From: Aliivibrio fischeri ES114
GTDB taxonomy: Bacteria; Pseudomonadota; Gammaproteobacteria; Enterobacterales; Vibrionaceae
Assembly (NCBI RefSeq): GCF_000011805.1
Contig: NC_006840.2
DNA: 32,000 nucleotides
Direction: 5' to 3' (one strand)
The position numbers were made by a program, and so were the translations under genes. Shown here piece by piece: positions 19,771-30,605 of the stretch (position 1 is its first letter; each line of letters begins with the position of its first letter). Under the pieces are notes generated by a model. That model saw only the letters and a program-made list of their open reading frames with translations. It ran no database searches and was not told the origin of the DNA.

Positions 19771-21042
19771 ATGGCTCAATTTATTGACCGAAGGTTGAAT
19801 GGTAAAAAGAAAAGTACCGTCAATAGACAGCGCTTTATTCGTCGCCATAAAGACCAAATAAAACGTGCGGTTTCTGATGCTGTAAATCAACGTTCAGTAA
19901 CCAATACAGAAAGTGGTGAAAGTATCTCTATTCCAAAGGGAGATATATCTGAGCCTGTTTTTCATCAAGGTCAAGGTGGTATTCGTGAACGTGTATTACC
20001 CGGCAATGACCAATTTATTAAAGGTGATAAAATTGAACGCCCTCAAGGAGGAAATGGTGGCGGAGGTGCTGGTGATGGAGATGCCAGTGCGGATGGCGAA
20101 GGTCAAGACGACTTTATTTTTCAAATTTCGAAAGATGAATACCTTGATATTCTTTTTGAAGAGCTTGAATTGCCTAACCTTGAGAAAAACCAAGTTCAAA
20201 AAATAACAGAATGGGAAACCCATCGAGCAGGTTATCAAACCGCCGGTGTCCCTTCTAATATTGATATCGTCCGTTCTCTACAGCAATCACTTGCTCGTAG
20301 AACTGCCATGACAGCGGGTAAAAAACGATTACTCTCCGAATTAGAACAAGAATTAGAAACCATTAAAAACAGCGAACCAAGTCAACCGCTTGCAGTTCGT
20401 AAAATGCAGGAACAAATAGAAGAGCTTCGAGAAAGAATCAAACATGTTCCTTATATTGACTCATTTGATTTGCGTTATAAAAACTACGAGCGAACCCCTA
20501 TCCCATCCAGTCAAGCGGTAATGTTTTGCTTAATGGATGTATCTGGGTCTATGGATCAAGCAACCAAAGACATCGCAAAACGTTTTTATGTCCTGCTTTA
20601 TCTCTTTTTAACTCGAACTTATGAAAACGTAGAAGTCGTTTTTATTCGCCACCATACTCAGGCGAAAGAAGTAAATGAACACGATTTCTTTTACTCTCAA
20701 GAAACCGGTGGGACCATGGTTTCAAGCGCATTGAAACTCATGAGAGACATCGTTGCTGAACGTTTTCCTGCAAATGAGTGGAATATTTATGCCGCACAAG
20801 CCTCTGATGGTGATAATTGGGCTGATGACTCACCAAAATGTAAAGAGCTGCTGACGTCATCCATTCTTCCAACTTGCCAATATTACTCATATATCGAAAT
20901 CACAAAACGTCATCACCAAACATTGTGGACTGAGTACGACAAGTTGGCACAAGGCTTTGATAATTTTGCCATGAAAAATATTCGTTCCGTTGAAGATATT
21001 TACCCAATATTCAGAGAATTATTTCAAAAGCAGCTGGCTTAA
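19771..21042 (+). CDS. yeaH: YeaH/YhbH family protein (DUF444) with a VWA/MIDAS-like DxSGS motif
   Basis: From [12 protein letters not shown]... it is colinear with E. coli YeaH. AGGAGGG (19757-63) lies 7 nt before ATG 19771. The listed start at 19750 precedes the SD. Contains a Gly-rich acidic linker ([22 protein letters not shown]) and the motif [10 protein letters not shown]. Corrected length is 423 aa. Confidence 0.92.
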   Translation: MAQFIDRRLNGKKKSTVNRQRFIRRHKDQIKRAVSDAVNQRSVTNTESGESISIPKGDISEPVFHQGQGGIRERVLPGNDQFIKGDKIERPQGGNGGGGAGDGDASADGEGQDDFIFQISKDEYLDILFEELELPNLEKNQVQKITEWETHRAGYQTAGVPSNIDIVRSLQQSLARRTAMTAGKKRLLSELEQELETIKNSEPSQPLAVRKMQEQIEELRERIKHVPYIDSFDLRYKNYERTPIPSSQAVMFCLMDVSGSMDQATKDIAKRFYVLLYLFLTRTYENVEVVFIRHHTQAKEVNEHDFFYSQETGGTMVSSALKLMRDIVAERFPANEWNIYAAQASDGDNWADDSPKCKELLTSSILPTCQYYSYIEITKRHHQTLWTEYDKLAQGFDNFAMKNIRSVEDIYPIFRELFQKQLA

Positions 21043-21049
21043 GGAGGCA

Positions 21050-22570
21050 ATGATGAAAAGGACGACAAAGCTACCTGATGGGCCAGATTGGACCTTTCAA
21101 ATGCTTGAAGAATATCATGTAGAAATTAAGCGTGTTGCCGAGCATTACCGTTTGGATACTTACCCAAACCAAATCGAGATCATCACAGCTGAACAAATGA
21201 TGGATGCTTACTCTAGTGTTGGTATGCCTATTAATTATCATCACTGGTCATTTGGTAAAAAATTCATCCAAACAGAACAAAACTATAAGCATGGTCAAAT
21301 GGGACTCGCTTATGAAATCGTTATTAACTCCTCCCCTTGTATTGCCTATTTAATGGAAGAGAACACCATTACAATGCAAGCCTTAGTCATGGCACATGCT
21401 TGCTATGGTCATAACTCATTTTTTAAAGGTAATTACCTATTTCAAACTTGGACAGACGCCAGTTCGATTGTCGATTATTTATTGTTTGCACAGCAATACT
21501 TAACCAAGTGTGAAGAAAAATACGGTGTTGATGAAGTAGAAAAAATTCTCGATTCTTGTCATGCCTTAATGAACTATGGCGTAGATAGATATAAACGCCC
21601 TGAAAAAATCTCAATAGCAGAAGAAAAAATTCGTCAAGAAGACAGAGAAGCCTATCTTCAATCTCAAGTAAATGACCTATGGCGAACCGTTCCAAAATCA
21701 AAAGAAGAAAGTAACGAAGAAAAAATTCGCTTCCCATCAGAACCACAAGAAAACATTCTTTATTTTATTGAGAAGCACGCCCCACTCCTTGAGTCATGGC
21801 AACGAGAGATTGTTCGGATTGTACGAAAAATTAGCCAGTACTTTTATCCACAAAAACAAACCCAAGTAATGAATGAGGGTTGGGCAACCTTTTGGCACTA
21901 TACGATCCTTAACCACCTTTATGACGAAGGGTTAGTGTCTGAAAAGTTTATTCTAGAGTTCTTACACAGCCACACAAATGTTGTTGCTCAACCGAGTTAT
22001 AACAGTCCTTATTACGGCGGAATTAATCCTTATGCTCTTGGTTTCGCTATGTTCCAAGATATTCGTAGAATATGTGAAGAACCGACAGATGAAGACAGAG
22101 AGTGGTTTCCTGATTTAGCAGGAACCGATTGGTTAGATGCCGTACATTTTGCTATGCATAATTTTAAAGATGAGAGTTTCATTAGCCAATACTTATCACC
22201 CAAGTTAATACGAGAGTTTAAACTGTTCTCCATCTTAGATAATGATAAAAACAAACATATTGAAGTCAGCGCAATTCATGATGATACAGGCTATCGTGAA
22301 ATCAGAGAGAAGCTTGCTGCTCAATATAACTTAAGTAACCTAGAGCCGAATATACAAGTATGGAATGTAGATGTACGAGGTGATCGTTCGATGATTCTAC
22401 GCCATATTCCTCATAATCGTATTCCTTTAGATAAAAGCCATGAAGAAGTAATGAAGCATCTTCATCGTTTGTGGGGATTTGATGTGATTTTGGAAGAAGT
22501 GATTTCATTTAATCGAGCAGAAATAATATCTTCTTGCCCGAAGCGTAATTACTACAATACGAGTATTTAA
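21050..22570 (+). CDS. ycgB: SpoVR family protein YcgB
   Basis: Colinear with E. coli YcgB from ..LPDGPDWTF (HACYGHNSFF, QTQVMNEGWATFWH, NLSNLEPNIQ). GGAGG (21043-47) immediately follows the yeaH stop (21040-42). The start is ATG 21050 or 21053. The listed start at 20990 lies inside yeaH and is unsupported. Confidence 0.92.
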   Translation: MMKRTTKLPDGPDWTFQMLEEYHVEIKRVAEHYRLDTYPNQIEIITAEQMMDAYSSVGMPINYHHWSFGKKFIQTEQNYKHGQMGLAYEIVINSSPCIAYLMEENTITMQALVMAHACYGHNSFFKGNYLFQTWTDASSIVDYLLFAQQYLTKCEEKYGVDEVEKILDSCHALMNYGVDRYKRPEKISIAEEKIRQEDREAYLQSQVNDLWRTVPKSKEESNEEKIRFPSEPQENILYFIEKHAPLLESWQREIVRIVRKISQYFYPQKQTQVMNEGWATFWHYTILNHLYDEGLVSEKFILEFLHSHTNVVAQPSYNSPYYGGINPYALGFAMFQDIRRICEEPTDEDREWFPDLAGTDWLDAVHFAMHNFKDESFISQYLSPKLIREFKLFSILDNDKNKHIEVSAIHDDTGYREIREKLAAQYNLSNLEPNIQVWNVDVRGDRSMILRHIPHNRIPLDKSHEEVMKHLHRLWGFDVILEEVISFNRAEIISSCPKRNYYNTSI

Positions 22571-22589
22571 ATACTGAAATAGACATAAC

Positions 22590-22623
22590 AAAAAGCCTTG
22601 AGGTATCACTACCTCAAGGCTTT
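22590..22623. terminator. Bidirectional rho-independent terminator between convergent ycgB and icd
   Basis: A perfect 14-bp stem, AAAGCCTTGAGGTA-tcac-TACCTCAAGGCTTT, with A-rich and T-rich flanks on both sides. Confidence 0.9.
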
Positions 22624-22650
22624 ATTATATCAATCTAATGCATTAATCAA

Positions 22651-24879
<2,229 letters not shown>

Positions 24880-25083
24880 TTAATTTCCCTATTTAATCCA
24901 CAAAACCCACAACAAAACGTATAATAGGTTCTGTAATTTACCGACTTTGATACCAATTCTAATCATTCATTACATTGGTATTATTTTTATTAGTCTCTTG
25001 TTTCACGCGCACACTATAGCGAAAAGCGGTGAACTTTAAAACTAAACACCACAAAAGCTTTACAAATCTGCAAGGTAGTTAAC

Positions 25084-25704
25084 ATGACATTCAAACGCTC
25101 CCCTAATTGGAAAAAACCGGCTTTTAAGAAAAAAAACACACAAAAGCCACGCCCTGCACCTAAAGATCGTAAAGTTATTATCTTTAATAAACCTTTTGAT
25201 GTATTGAGTCAATTTACTGATGACCAACATCGCCAGACCCTCGCAGATTTTATTTCTGTTAAAGACGTTTATGCTGCAGGCCGTCTTGATCGCGATAGCG
25301 AAGGTTTATTAATTTTAACTAATGATGGAGTGTTACAAGCTCGATTAACTCAACCAGAATCTAAATCACCAAAAACGTATTGGGTACAAGTTGAAGGCGC
25401 ACCTACTGAAGATGATTTAGATAAATTACGTCAAGGGGTTGAGCTAAAAGATGGCATGACGTTGCCAGCAAAAGTAGAAATCATACCGGAACCAAACGTG
25501 TGGGAACGCAATCCACCTGTTCGTTTTCGTGCCGCTATTCCAACAACATGGATTTCAATTACGATCACTGAAGGTCGTAACCGACAAGTTCGCCGTATGA
25601 CAGCAAACATTGGTTTCCCTACCTTACGCTTAATACGCTATTCAATGGGAGATTGGACAATAAAAGATGTGGCTCACGGCACTTGGAAAGAAGTATCACT
25701 TTAA
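25084..25704 (+). CDS. rluE: 23S rRNA pseudouridine synthase RluE (RsuA family)
   Basis: 206 aa. Basic N-terminus, motifs [30 protein letters not shown] and [12 protein letters not shown]. Colinear with E. coli RluE from memory, and divergent from icd as in E. coli. Confidence 0.88.
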   Translation: MTFKRSPNWKKPAFKKKNTQKPRPAPKDRKVIIFNKPFDVLSQFTDDQHRQTLADFISVKDVYAAGRLDRDSEGLLILTNDGVLQARLTQPESKSPKTYWVQVEGAPTEDDLDKLRQGVELKDGMTLPAKVEIIPEPNVWERNPPVRFRAAIPTTWISITITEGRNRQVRRMTANIGFPTLRLIRYSMGDWTIKDVAHGTWKEVSL

Positions 25705-25806
25705 AAACAATAAATTAAATTGTAATAAAAACGTTAATTTTACTATCTGTTTACTGCTTTTTAAATTAGACTGACTACATTAATTATAAAAAATAAAGGG
25801 ATCATT

Positions 25807-25980
25807 ATGAACACTATGATTAAAGCAGTAGGACTCACTAGCGTACTCTTGCTTAGTGCTTGTGCTCCAGCAGATAGAGCTGATATTAACTCAACAGAAT
25901 TGACTAATGAGCATTATAAAAATCAAGAAAAGCAGCAGCAAAACTGTATGCTAACTGGTGAAATTGGCTGTGCTGACTAA
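25807..25980 (+). CDS. Small putative lipoprotein (57 aa), absent from the supplied ORF track
   Basis: My own translation: MNTMIKAVGLTSVLLLSA|CAPADRADINSTELTNEHYKNQEKQQQNCMLTGEIGCAD*. Lipobox LSAC. SD AAGGG lies 6 nt upstream of the ATG. A strong terminator begins 15 nt after the stop. Confidence 0.6.
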   Translation: MNTMIKAVGLTSVLLLSACAPADRADINSTELTNEHYKNQEKQQQNCMLTGEIGCAD

Positions 25981-25994
25981 CGTATGACTTTATA

Positions 25995-26030
25995 AAAAGG
26001 CCTGATAGTTCTAACACTATCAGGCCTTTT
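25995..26030. terminator. Bidirectional rho-independent terminator (small lipoprotein gene / convergent 90-aa ORF)
   Basis: GGCCTGATAGT-tctaac-ACTATCAGGCC (25999-26026) flanked by AAAAA and TTTT. Confidence 0.88.
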
Positions 26031-26072
26031 TATTTCAATATCAAAGACAATTACTGCCTACAAATATTGGAA

Positions 26073-26345
26073 TTATTCATCACCCATGAAGCTCATATCT
26101 GGCAATGATTCTAAGTTTTCTTTATAACGCTTTTGATTAAACTCTGCGCCATTTTTCATTACATCAAAGACTTCAATTGCAAGCGCACACGCCATCATTT
26201 CAATCGCTTCTTCACGTGGGTTACCCGTCATAACTAAGCGCATTAATGTTTCTTTAACTGCAATTGGGTTACCGTCTTCAATTTGATTTTTTACGGTTTC
26301 AATCAGTGTTTCTTCCGTCATGAAATCGTCTAGTTGTTCTGTCAT
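26073..26345 (-). CDS. Hypothetical small acidic protein (90 aa)
   Basis: Intact ORF bounded by a terminator downstream. No signal peptide or TM segment, and predicted to be helical. The segment NPREEAIEMMACALAIEVFDVMKNGAEFNQKRYKENLESLP loosely recalls the C-terminal half of DUF1841-type proteins, but this is from memory and unverified. Confidence 0.55.
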   Translation of the reverse strand: MTEQLDDFMTEETLIETVKNQIEDGNPIAVKETLMRLVMTGNPREEAIEMMACALAIEVFDVMKNGAEFNQKRYKENLESLPDMSFMGDE

Positions 26346-26632
26346 GGATACTACTCACTTAATAATTTTGTCTACTATGCCATAGAAAAAGTAAAAAAAC
26401 GCATTCATTTGGAAAATATTAACAGTAGAAAAATCGACTTTAACATCAAGTATCCATATAAAAACAAAATGCAACAGAAGTTAGACATGCAAAAAAAATA
26501 TCGGAAAAAATCTCAGAAAATAAAAATGCTCACTTTTAGTGCAAACACTCTAAATAATTAAAGGGGTAATATTCCCTTTTCATTTTTTATAAATACAATC
26601 CGCATCTCATTTTTCAGCCTCTTACATTTTAT

Positions 26633-28252
26633 ATGTTTACTTTTCTAAAAAACGTTAAATTAAAAACACAATTACTAGGTTTAAGTTGGATCACTATTAG
26701 CTTTTTCTTTTTAGTCATTTATATCTCATTTAAATATTTTGAAACTGCACAAAAAGAATCAAGTCTTCAAATATCAAATGCAGTAAATACAATCAATTTT
26801 GTGAATGACCAAGAAGTAACTCAACTGTGGGTTATACGTGTTCATTATTTTCGTTCACTTCAAGATAATAAATACCGTCAAACCTATACAAACGCATTAA
26901 ATACTTGGTATGCCGACGTTAACAAATCATTTAAAGATGACGGTCAACAATCAACTAAAGAACGAAAAATGGCGTTTGATGCTTACTATCAACACATGAC
27001 ACAAACAGAAACCGTACTAGACAATTACGCTAATGGCTTAATATCAAAAAACGAACTTAGACAATGGCAAGACAAAGCAAGTATGTTAGGCATGGATGTG
27101 GTCGATAAATTAAATTTATTTACTACTGAGCTTTCTAATCGTGTTGATGATTCGATATCAAATTCTGAAGAAAAGTTTTCTTCCTTAATTACCATGTTCA
27201 GTATGATTAGTTTTCTTTTCTCTGTATTAATGCTTGCTATTTCATTTGTATTATCAAACTCAATTGTTAATCCAATTATTTCTATAAAAGATGCAATGCT
27301 GAAAATTGCAGAGGGTGATTTATCATCAAAGCAACCAGAAGATAATGGTTCAAATGAACTCGCTCAATTAACTTATAGTATGAATCAAACCGTTGATAAA
27401 TTAGCTACCATAGCTCAAGGCTCCCATTCTATTGCAGAAAATGTATCTTCAGCTTCACTAGCATTAACAAACGTGATGGAAGAATCAACAGTCAATGTCC
27501 AAATTGAATTAGAGCAAATTGAGCAAGTTGCGACAGCCGTAAATGAATTATCTCAAACCGCAACAGAAGTTAGCCTTAATGCTTCTAATGCAGAAAAAGC
27601 AACCGTCAATGCAAATAATAGCATTTCAGAAGGTTACGATGCATTAGAGCGTTCAAAACACATTGCTGAAAAAATTAATGATTCGGTAAAAGAATCAGCA
27701 ACGATAGTAAATCAATTGCGTGAATATTCTTCTGATATTGGTTCAGTCGTTGAAGTGATTAATAACATTTCTGAACAAACGAATTTATTAGCACTTAATG
27801 CTGCTATTGAAGCAGCGAGAGCTGGTGAACAAGGAAGAGGATTTGCGGTTGTTGCAGATGAAGTTCGAGCATTAGCGGCAAAAACTCAACATTCAACGGT
27901 TAGTATTCAAGAGATTATTTCCAAATTACAAGAACAAGCTGAGAAGGCAGATCAGCATATGACTGAAAACTCACATTTAGTCGGAGAATCTCAATTCATC
28001 GCAGAAGAGGTGAATACGACGTTCAATCAAATCTCGAACGCTGTACTTCATATTTCAGAAATGAATACACTTGTTGCAACAGCTTCTGAAGAGCAGGCGT
28101 GTGTAACTCAAGAAATAACAAAAAATATCATGTTAACTTCAGAAATGGTTAATCAAAATGCTGAGAGCATCAAAAAGAATGCTCAGGAAAGTGAAGTATT
28201 AGCTCAACAGTCTGAAGAACAAAAACACCTTCTATCTTTCTTTAAAATCTAA
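26633..28252 (+). CDS. Methyl-accepting chemotaxis protein (two TM segments, about 150-aa helical periplasmic domain, HAMP, signalling domain)
   Basis: TM1 is [20 protein letters not shown] and TM2 is [27 protein letters not shown] region ([20 protein letters not shown]). Conserved hairpin tip [35 protein letters not shown]. No C-terminal NWETF-type pentapeptide. Confidence 0.92.
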   Translation: MFTFLKNVKLKTQLLGLSWITISFFFLVIYISFKYFETAQKESSLQISNAVNTINFVNDQEVTQLWVIRVHYFRSLQDNKYRQTYTNALNTWYADVNKSFKDDGQQSTKERKMAFDAYYQHMTQTETVLDNYANGLISKNELRQWQDKASMLGMDVVDKLNLFTTELSNRVDDSISNSEEKFSSLITMFSMISFLFSVLMLAISFVLSNSIVNPIISIKDAMLKIAEGDLSSKQPEDNGSNELAQLTYSMNQTVDKLATIAQGSHSIAENVSSASLALTNVMEESTVNVQIELEQIEQVATAVNELSQTATEVSLNASNAEKATVNANNSISEGYDALERSKHIAEKINDSVKESATIVNQLREYSSDIGSVVEVINNISEQTNLLALNAAIEAARAGEQGRGFAVVADEVRALAAKTQHSTVSIQEIISKLQEQAEKADQHMTENSHLVGESQFIAEEVNTTFNQISNAVLHISEMNTLVATASEEQACVTQEITKNIMLTSEMVNQNAESIKKNAQESEVLAQQSEEQKHLLSFFKI

Positions 28253-28277
28253 TACATACTCGATACAAAAGTATAAG

Positions 28278-28613
28278 CTATTTCGTATTGAACATTTTTT
28301 TACCGCTTTTATCTTGATCAGACCAAAAATTAATATTGAATTGAGCATCGTCACTTAACTCAATACGATGCCAATATTGAGGTGGGCTTGTAGCAAACTG
28401 TCCTGCATTAATAACAACTTTAATCTCAGGTTCTGTTGCTTCTGAATTTGCAAATCCATAATAAGTGACAACCCCTTCCATAACACAGATCTGTCCGAAT
28501 ACATCTACAGCTGTATTATGATGAGTTAGTAGTGCCTCAGGTACATTATCTTTAGTAAAGAATGGCGTTGAACGTTGAATTGTCCAATTTTTTGGGATAC
28601 GTAAATGACTCAT
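28278..28613 (-). CDS. yeaR: DUF1971 protein (YeaR / TehB N-terminal domain-like)
   Basis: 111 aa. IP.N....RSTPFF.K...P..L...H.T...V...I.VM.G.V.Y.G......EP......I.AGQFA..PP..WH.IE...D..FNI.F aligns with E. coli YeaR from memory. GGAGA SD. Confidence 0.8.
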   Translation of the reverse strand: MSHLRIPKNWTIQRSTPFFTKDNVPEALLTHHNTAVDVFGQICVMEGVVTYYGFANSEATEPEIKVVINAGQFATSPPQYWHRIELSDDAQFNINFWSDQDKSGKKMFNTK

Positions 28614-28658
28614 AATATTTCTCCAAATTGTTTTGTATGATTCAAACAGAGCGAATCA

Positions 28659-29432
28659 CTACCAATAATTTTCTGAGCTAAATTGCCCAAGTTTCCGACG
28701 TAAATGCTTTTCAAAACCTAATTCTTTTAGTGCGTCAGATGTGTCTTTAACCATGTTTGGGTTACCACAAATATATAAGAAGCTAGATGTTTTACTAAGT
28801 TGAAGTTCTGCTCTCTTTTCAAGCTCTCCGTTGAGTAATAAAGACGGGATTCGTCCACATAAAGCTCCGCTGACATATTCTCTAGAAACAATTGGTACAT
28901 AATGAAACCTCTTGTTATATCGTTTAGATAACTGTTCAATTCGTTGTTGATAAATCAGTTCAGACTCTGTTCTTACCGCATGAACTAACACAAAATTTTT
29001 AAAGCGTATTTCAAGTTCTGGTGTTTCTAATATCGATATAAATGGGCCAATGGCAGTACCTGTTGAAAGCAACCAAAAATCATCTGCATTTTTAGGAACT
29101 TCATCAATAGTCATAAAACCACTGGCGTCTTTACCTACAAAAATCTCGTCACCAGAATTCAGTTTTTGCAAACAAGGAGATAACTCTCCCTTTTGATCGG
29201 CTATGATCAGAAATTCCATTCGCTCTCGCCCTTCAATATGCTCAGGGGTATTTACGATAGAATAAGCTCTTCTTACCCAGTCACCTTTATCATTTAATAA
29301 TGCCAACTTGGTAAACTGTCCCGCTTGATAAGCATTGATTGGCGCTTCAACAAACAGACTAAATAATCTATCCGTCCAATCATGGCGTTTTAAGACAACG
29401 CCTTTAATTAAGCCATGAGGAATTTCTGTCAT
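28659..29432 (-). CDS. fpr: Ferredoxin/flavodoxin--NADP+ reductase
   Basis: 257 aa. Colinear with E. coli Fpr (W.D.LFSL, AGQFTKL, RAYS.VN FAD motif, L.TGTAIGP, CGNP.MV.D, C-terminal ..NYW). SD AGAGGTG. There is a 13-nt gap after norW. Confidence 0.9.
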   Translation of the reverse strand: MTEIPHGLIKGVVLKRHDWTDRLFSLFVEAPINAYQAGQFTKLALLNDKGDWVRRAYSIVNTPEHIEGRERMEFLIIADQKGELSPCLQKLNSGDEIFVGKDASGFMTIDEVPKNADDFWLLSTGTAIGPFISILETPELEIRFKNFVLVHAVRTESELIYQQRIEQLSKRYNKRFHYVPIVSREYVSGALCGRIPSLLLNGELEKRAELQLSKTSSFLYICGNPNMVKDTSDALKELGFEKHLRRKLGQFSSENYW

Positions 29433-29445
29433 AGTTCACCTCTTT

Positions 29446-30594
29446 TTAATTCGTTGTATTTAACTCTCTAAATAGTGGGAAAGCATTTTTAACTCGCTCA
29501 TTTGTCACTACAAATCCCGTTAATTGATTATTTATGTTGTAAGCTTTAGCACACAAGCCTTGTGTATCAATATCAACAGACCATCGCTCGATATCAGTGG
29601 ATGTATTGCCAGCTAACTGTATTGGATAATTAGGTGTTTTCACTTTCACCATCATATTAGGCATAGAAAGAGCAGTATCTGTACCTAATAGTGTTTTGGC
29701 TAATGCATTCGCGCTTAATAAAATAGGTTGAAGATACGCCATAACTTTGCCTTCAATTTCCGCACAGTCACCTAAAGCATAGATATTATTAGCTGATGTT
29801 TGTAAATTTAAATCCACCACAATTCCCCGATTAACCATGAGATTTGCTTCTGTTGCTAATTTCGTATTAGGTTTTAATCCTGCTGCCGATATTACGCAAT
29901 CAACATAATATGAATGACCATTACTGGTTGTTACTCTGTAACCTTGTTCTTGCTTATTCACGGCTTGCACACAATCGGATAAATTGACAGTAATTCCCTT
30001 TTCTTTACAAGCTTTCTCAAGCGGTAAAGAGATAAAATCAGGCACCATATTGGCTAATAAATGGGTATTTGGTTCAACCAAGGTCACCATTTTTCCTGCA
30101 TTTGCCAAATCCATTGCGAGCTCTGTACCTATTAAACCACCACCAACAACAAGTACTTTTTTAGACTCCAGTACTTTTTGTTGAATACCAGCAAATTCTT
30201 TTAGGCTATTTAACGTCAGGATATCTCCACATCCATCACCATGAAAAGGTGGAATAAATGTTTGAGAGCCTGTCGCTAAGACCAATTTTCCATAAGCATA
30301 TTGCTCACCATTTGCAGTAATGGCTTGGATCTCAGTATCTATCGACTCAACCCAAGTGTGCCTATGTAGAATGACATTGTATTGCTCAGCAAAATCCCCT
30401 CCAGATAATGTAACTACCTCTTCTGGGCTTTGTTGTTTTGAAAATACGTGACTCAAATCTGGCTTGTTATAATCGTCACCACTGTCATTCGTAAAGACAT
30501 GAATTGGACAATCATTGTTAGTTCGACGAATGGTTTTAATTAATTGGTAAGAGGCAAAACCACTACCAATAATAACGATAGGTAAACTCATCAT
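29446..30594 (-). CDS. norW: NADH:flavorubredoxin oxidoreductase
   Basis: 382 aa. Colinear with E. coli NorW ([40 protein letters not shown]). GGAGG SD. The start is ATG 30594 or 30591. There is an 11-nt gap after norV. Confidence 0.9.
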   Translation of the reverse strand: MMSLPIVIIGSGFASYQLIKTIRRTNNDCPIHVFTNDSGDDYNKPDLSHVFSKQQSPEEVVTLSGGDFAEQYNVILHRHTWVESIDTEIQAITANGEQYAYGKLVLATGSQTFIPPFHGDGCGDILTLNSLKEFAGIQQKVLESKKVLVVGGGLIGTELAMDLANAGKMVTLVEPNTHLLANMVPDFISLPLEKACKEKGITVNLSDCVQAVNKQEQGYRVTTSNGHSYYVDCVISAAGLKPNTKLATEANLMVNRGIVVDLNLQTSANNIYALGDCAEIEGKVMAYLQPILLSANALAKTLLGTDTALSMPNMMVKVKTPNYPIQLAGNTSTDIERWSVDIDTQGLCAKAYNINNQLTGFVVTNERVKNAFPLFRELNTTN

Positions 30595-30605
30595 TTATCC
30601 TCCAA

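Noticed and set aside
20990-21049. An apparent 53-nt out-of-frame overlap of ycgB with yeaH, implied by the ORF-track start
   Set aside because: The extension ([20 protein letters not shown]) has no counterpart in E. coli YcgB and no SD. A GGAGG immediately after the yeaH stop serves ATG 21050/21053 instead.
24947-24983. Promoter-like TTGATA-17/18-TACATT and a 7-bp inverted repeat (TACCAAT...ATTGGTA) in the icd-rluE divergent region
   Set aside because: The match to consensus is modest and I recognise no regulator motif (no Cra, ArcA or Fur-like box). It is plausible as the rluE promoter but not supportable from sequence alone.
26334-26561. 75-aa Lys-rich plus-strand ORF in the MCP upstream region
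   Set aside because: Its start overlaps the divergent 90-aa gene, so a promoter would have to sit inside that gene. The Lys/Asn/Ile-rich sequence is what A-tract DNA translates to. A shorter 30-codon version (MQQKLDMQKK...) cannot be excluded, but it has no SD.
28253-28277. A 25-nt gap between the convergent MCP and DUF1971 genes, without a recognisable intrinsic terminator
   Set aside because: Only a 7-bp stem with a G.U pair and an 18-nt loop can be drawn (TCGATAC...GTATTGA, reaching into the DUF1971 coding end). That is too weak to call. Termination may be Rho-dependent or occur inside the opposing gene.
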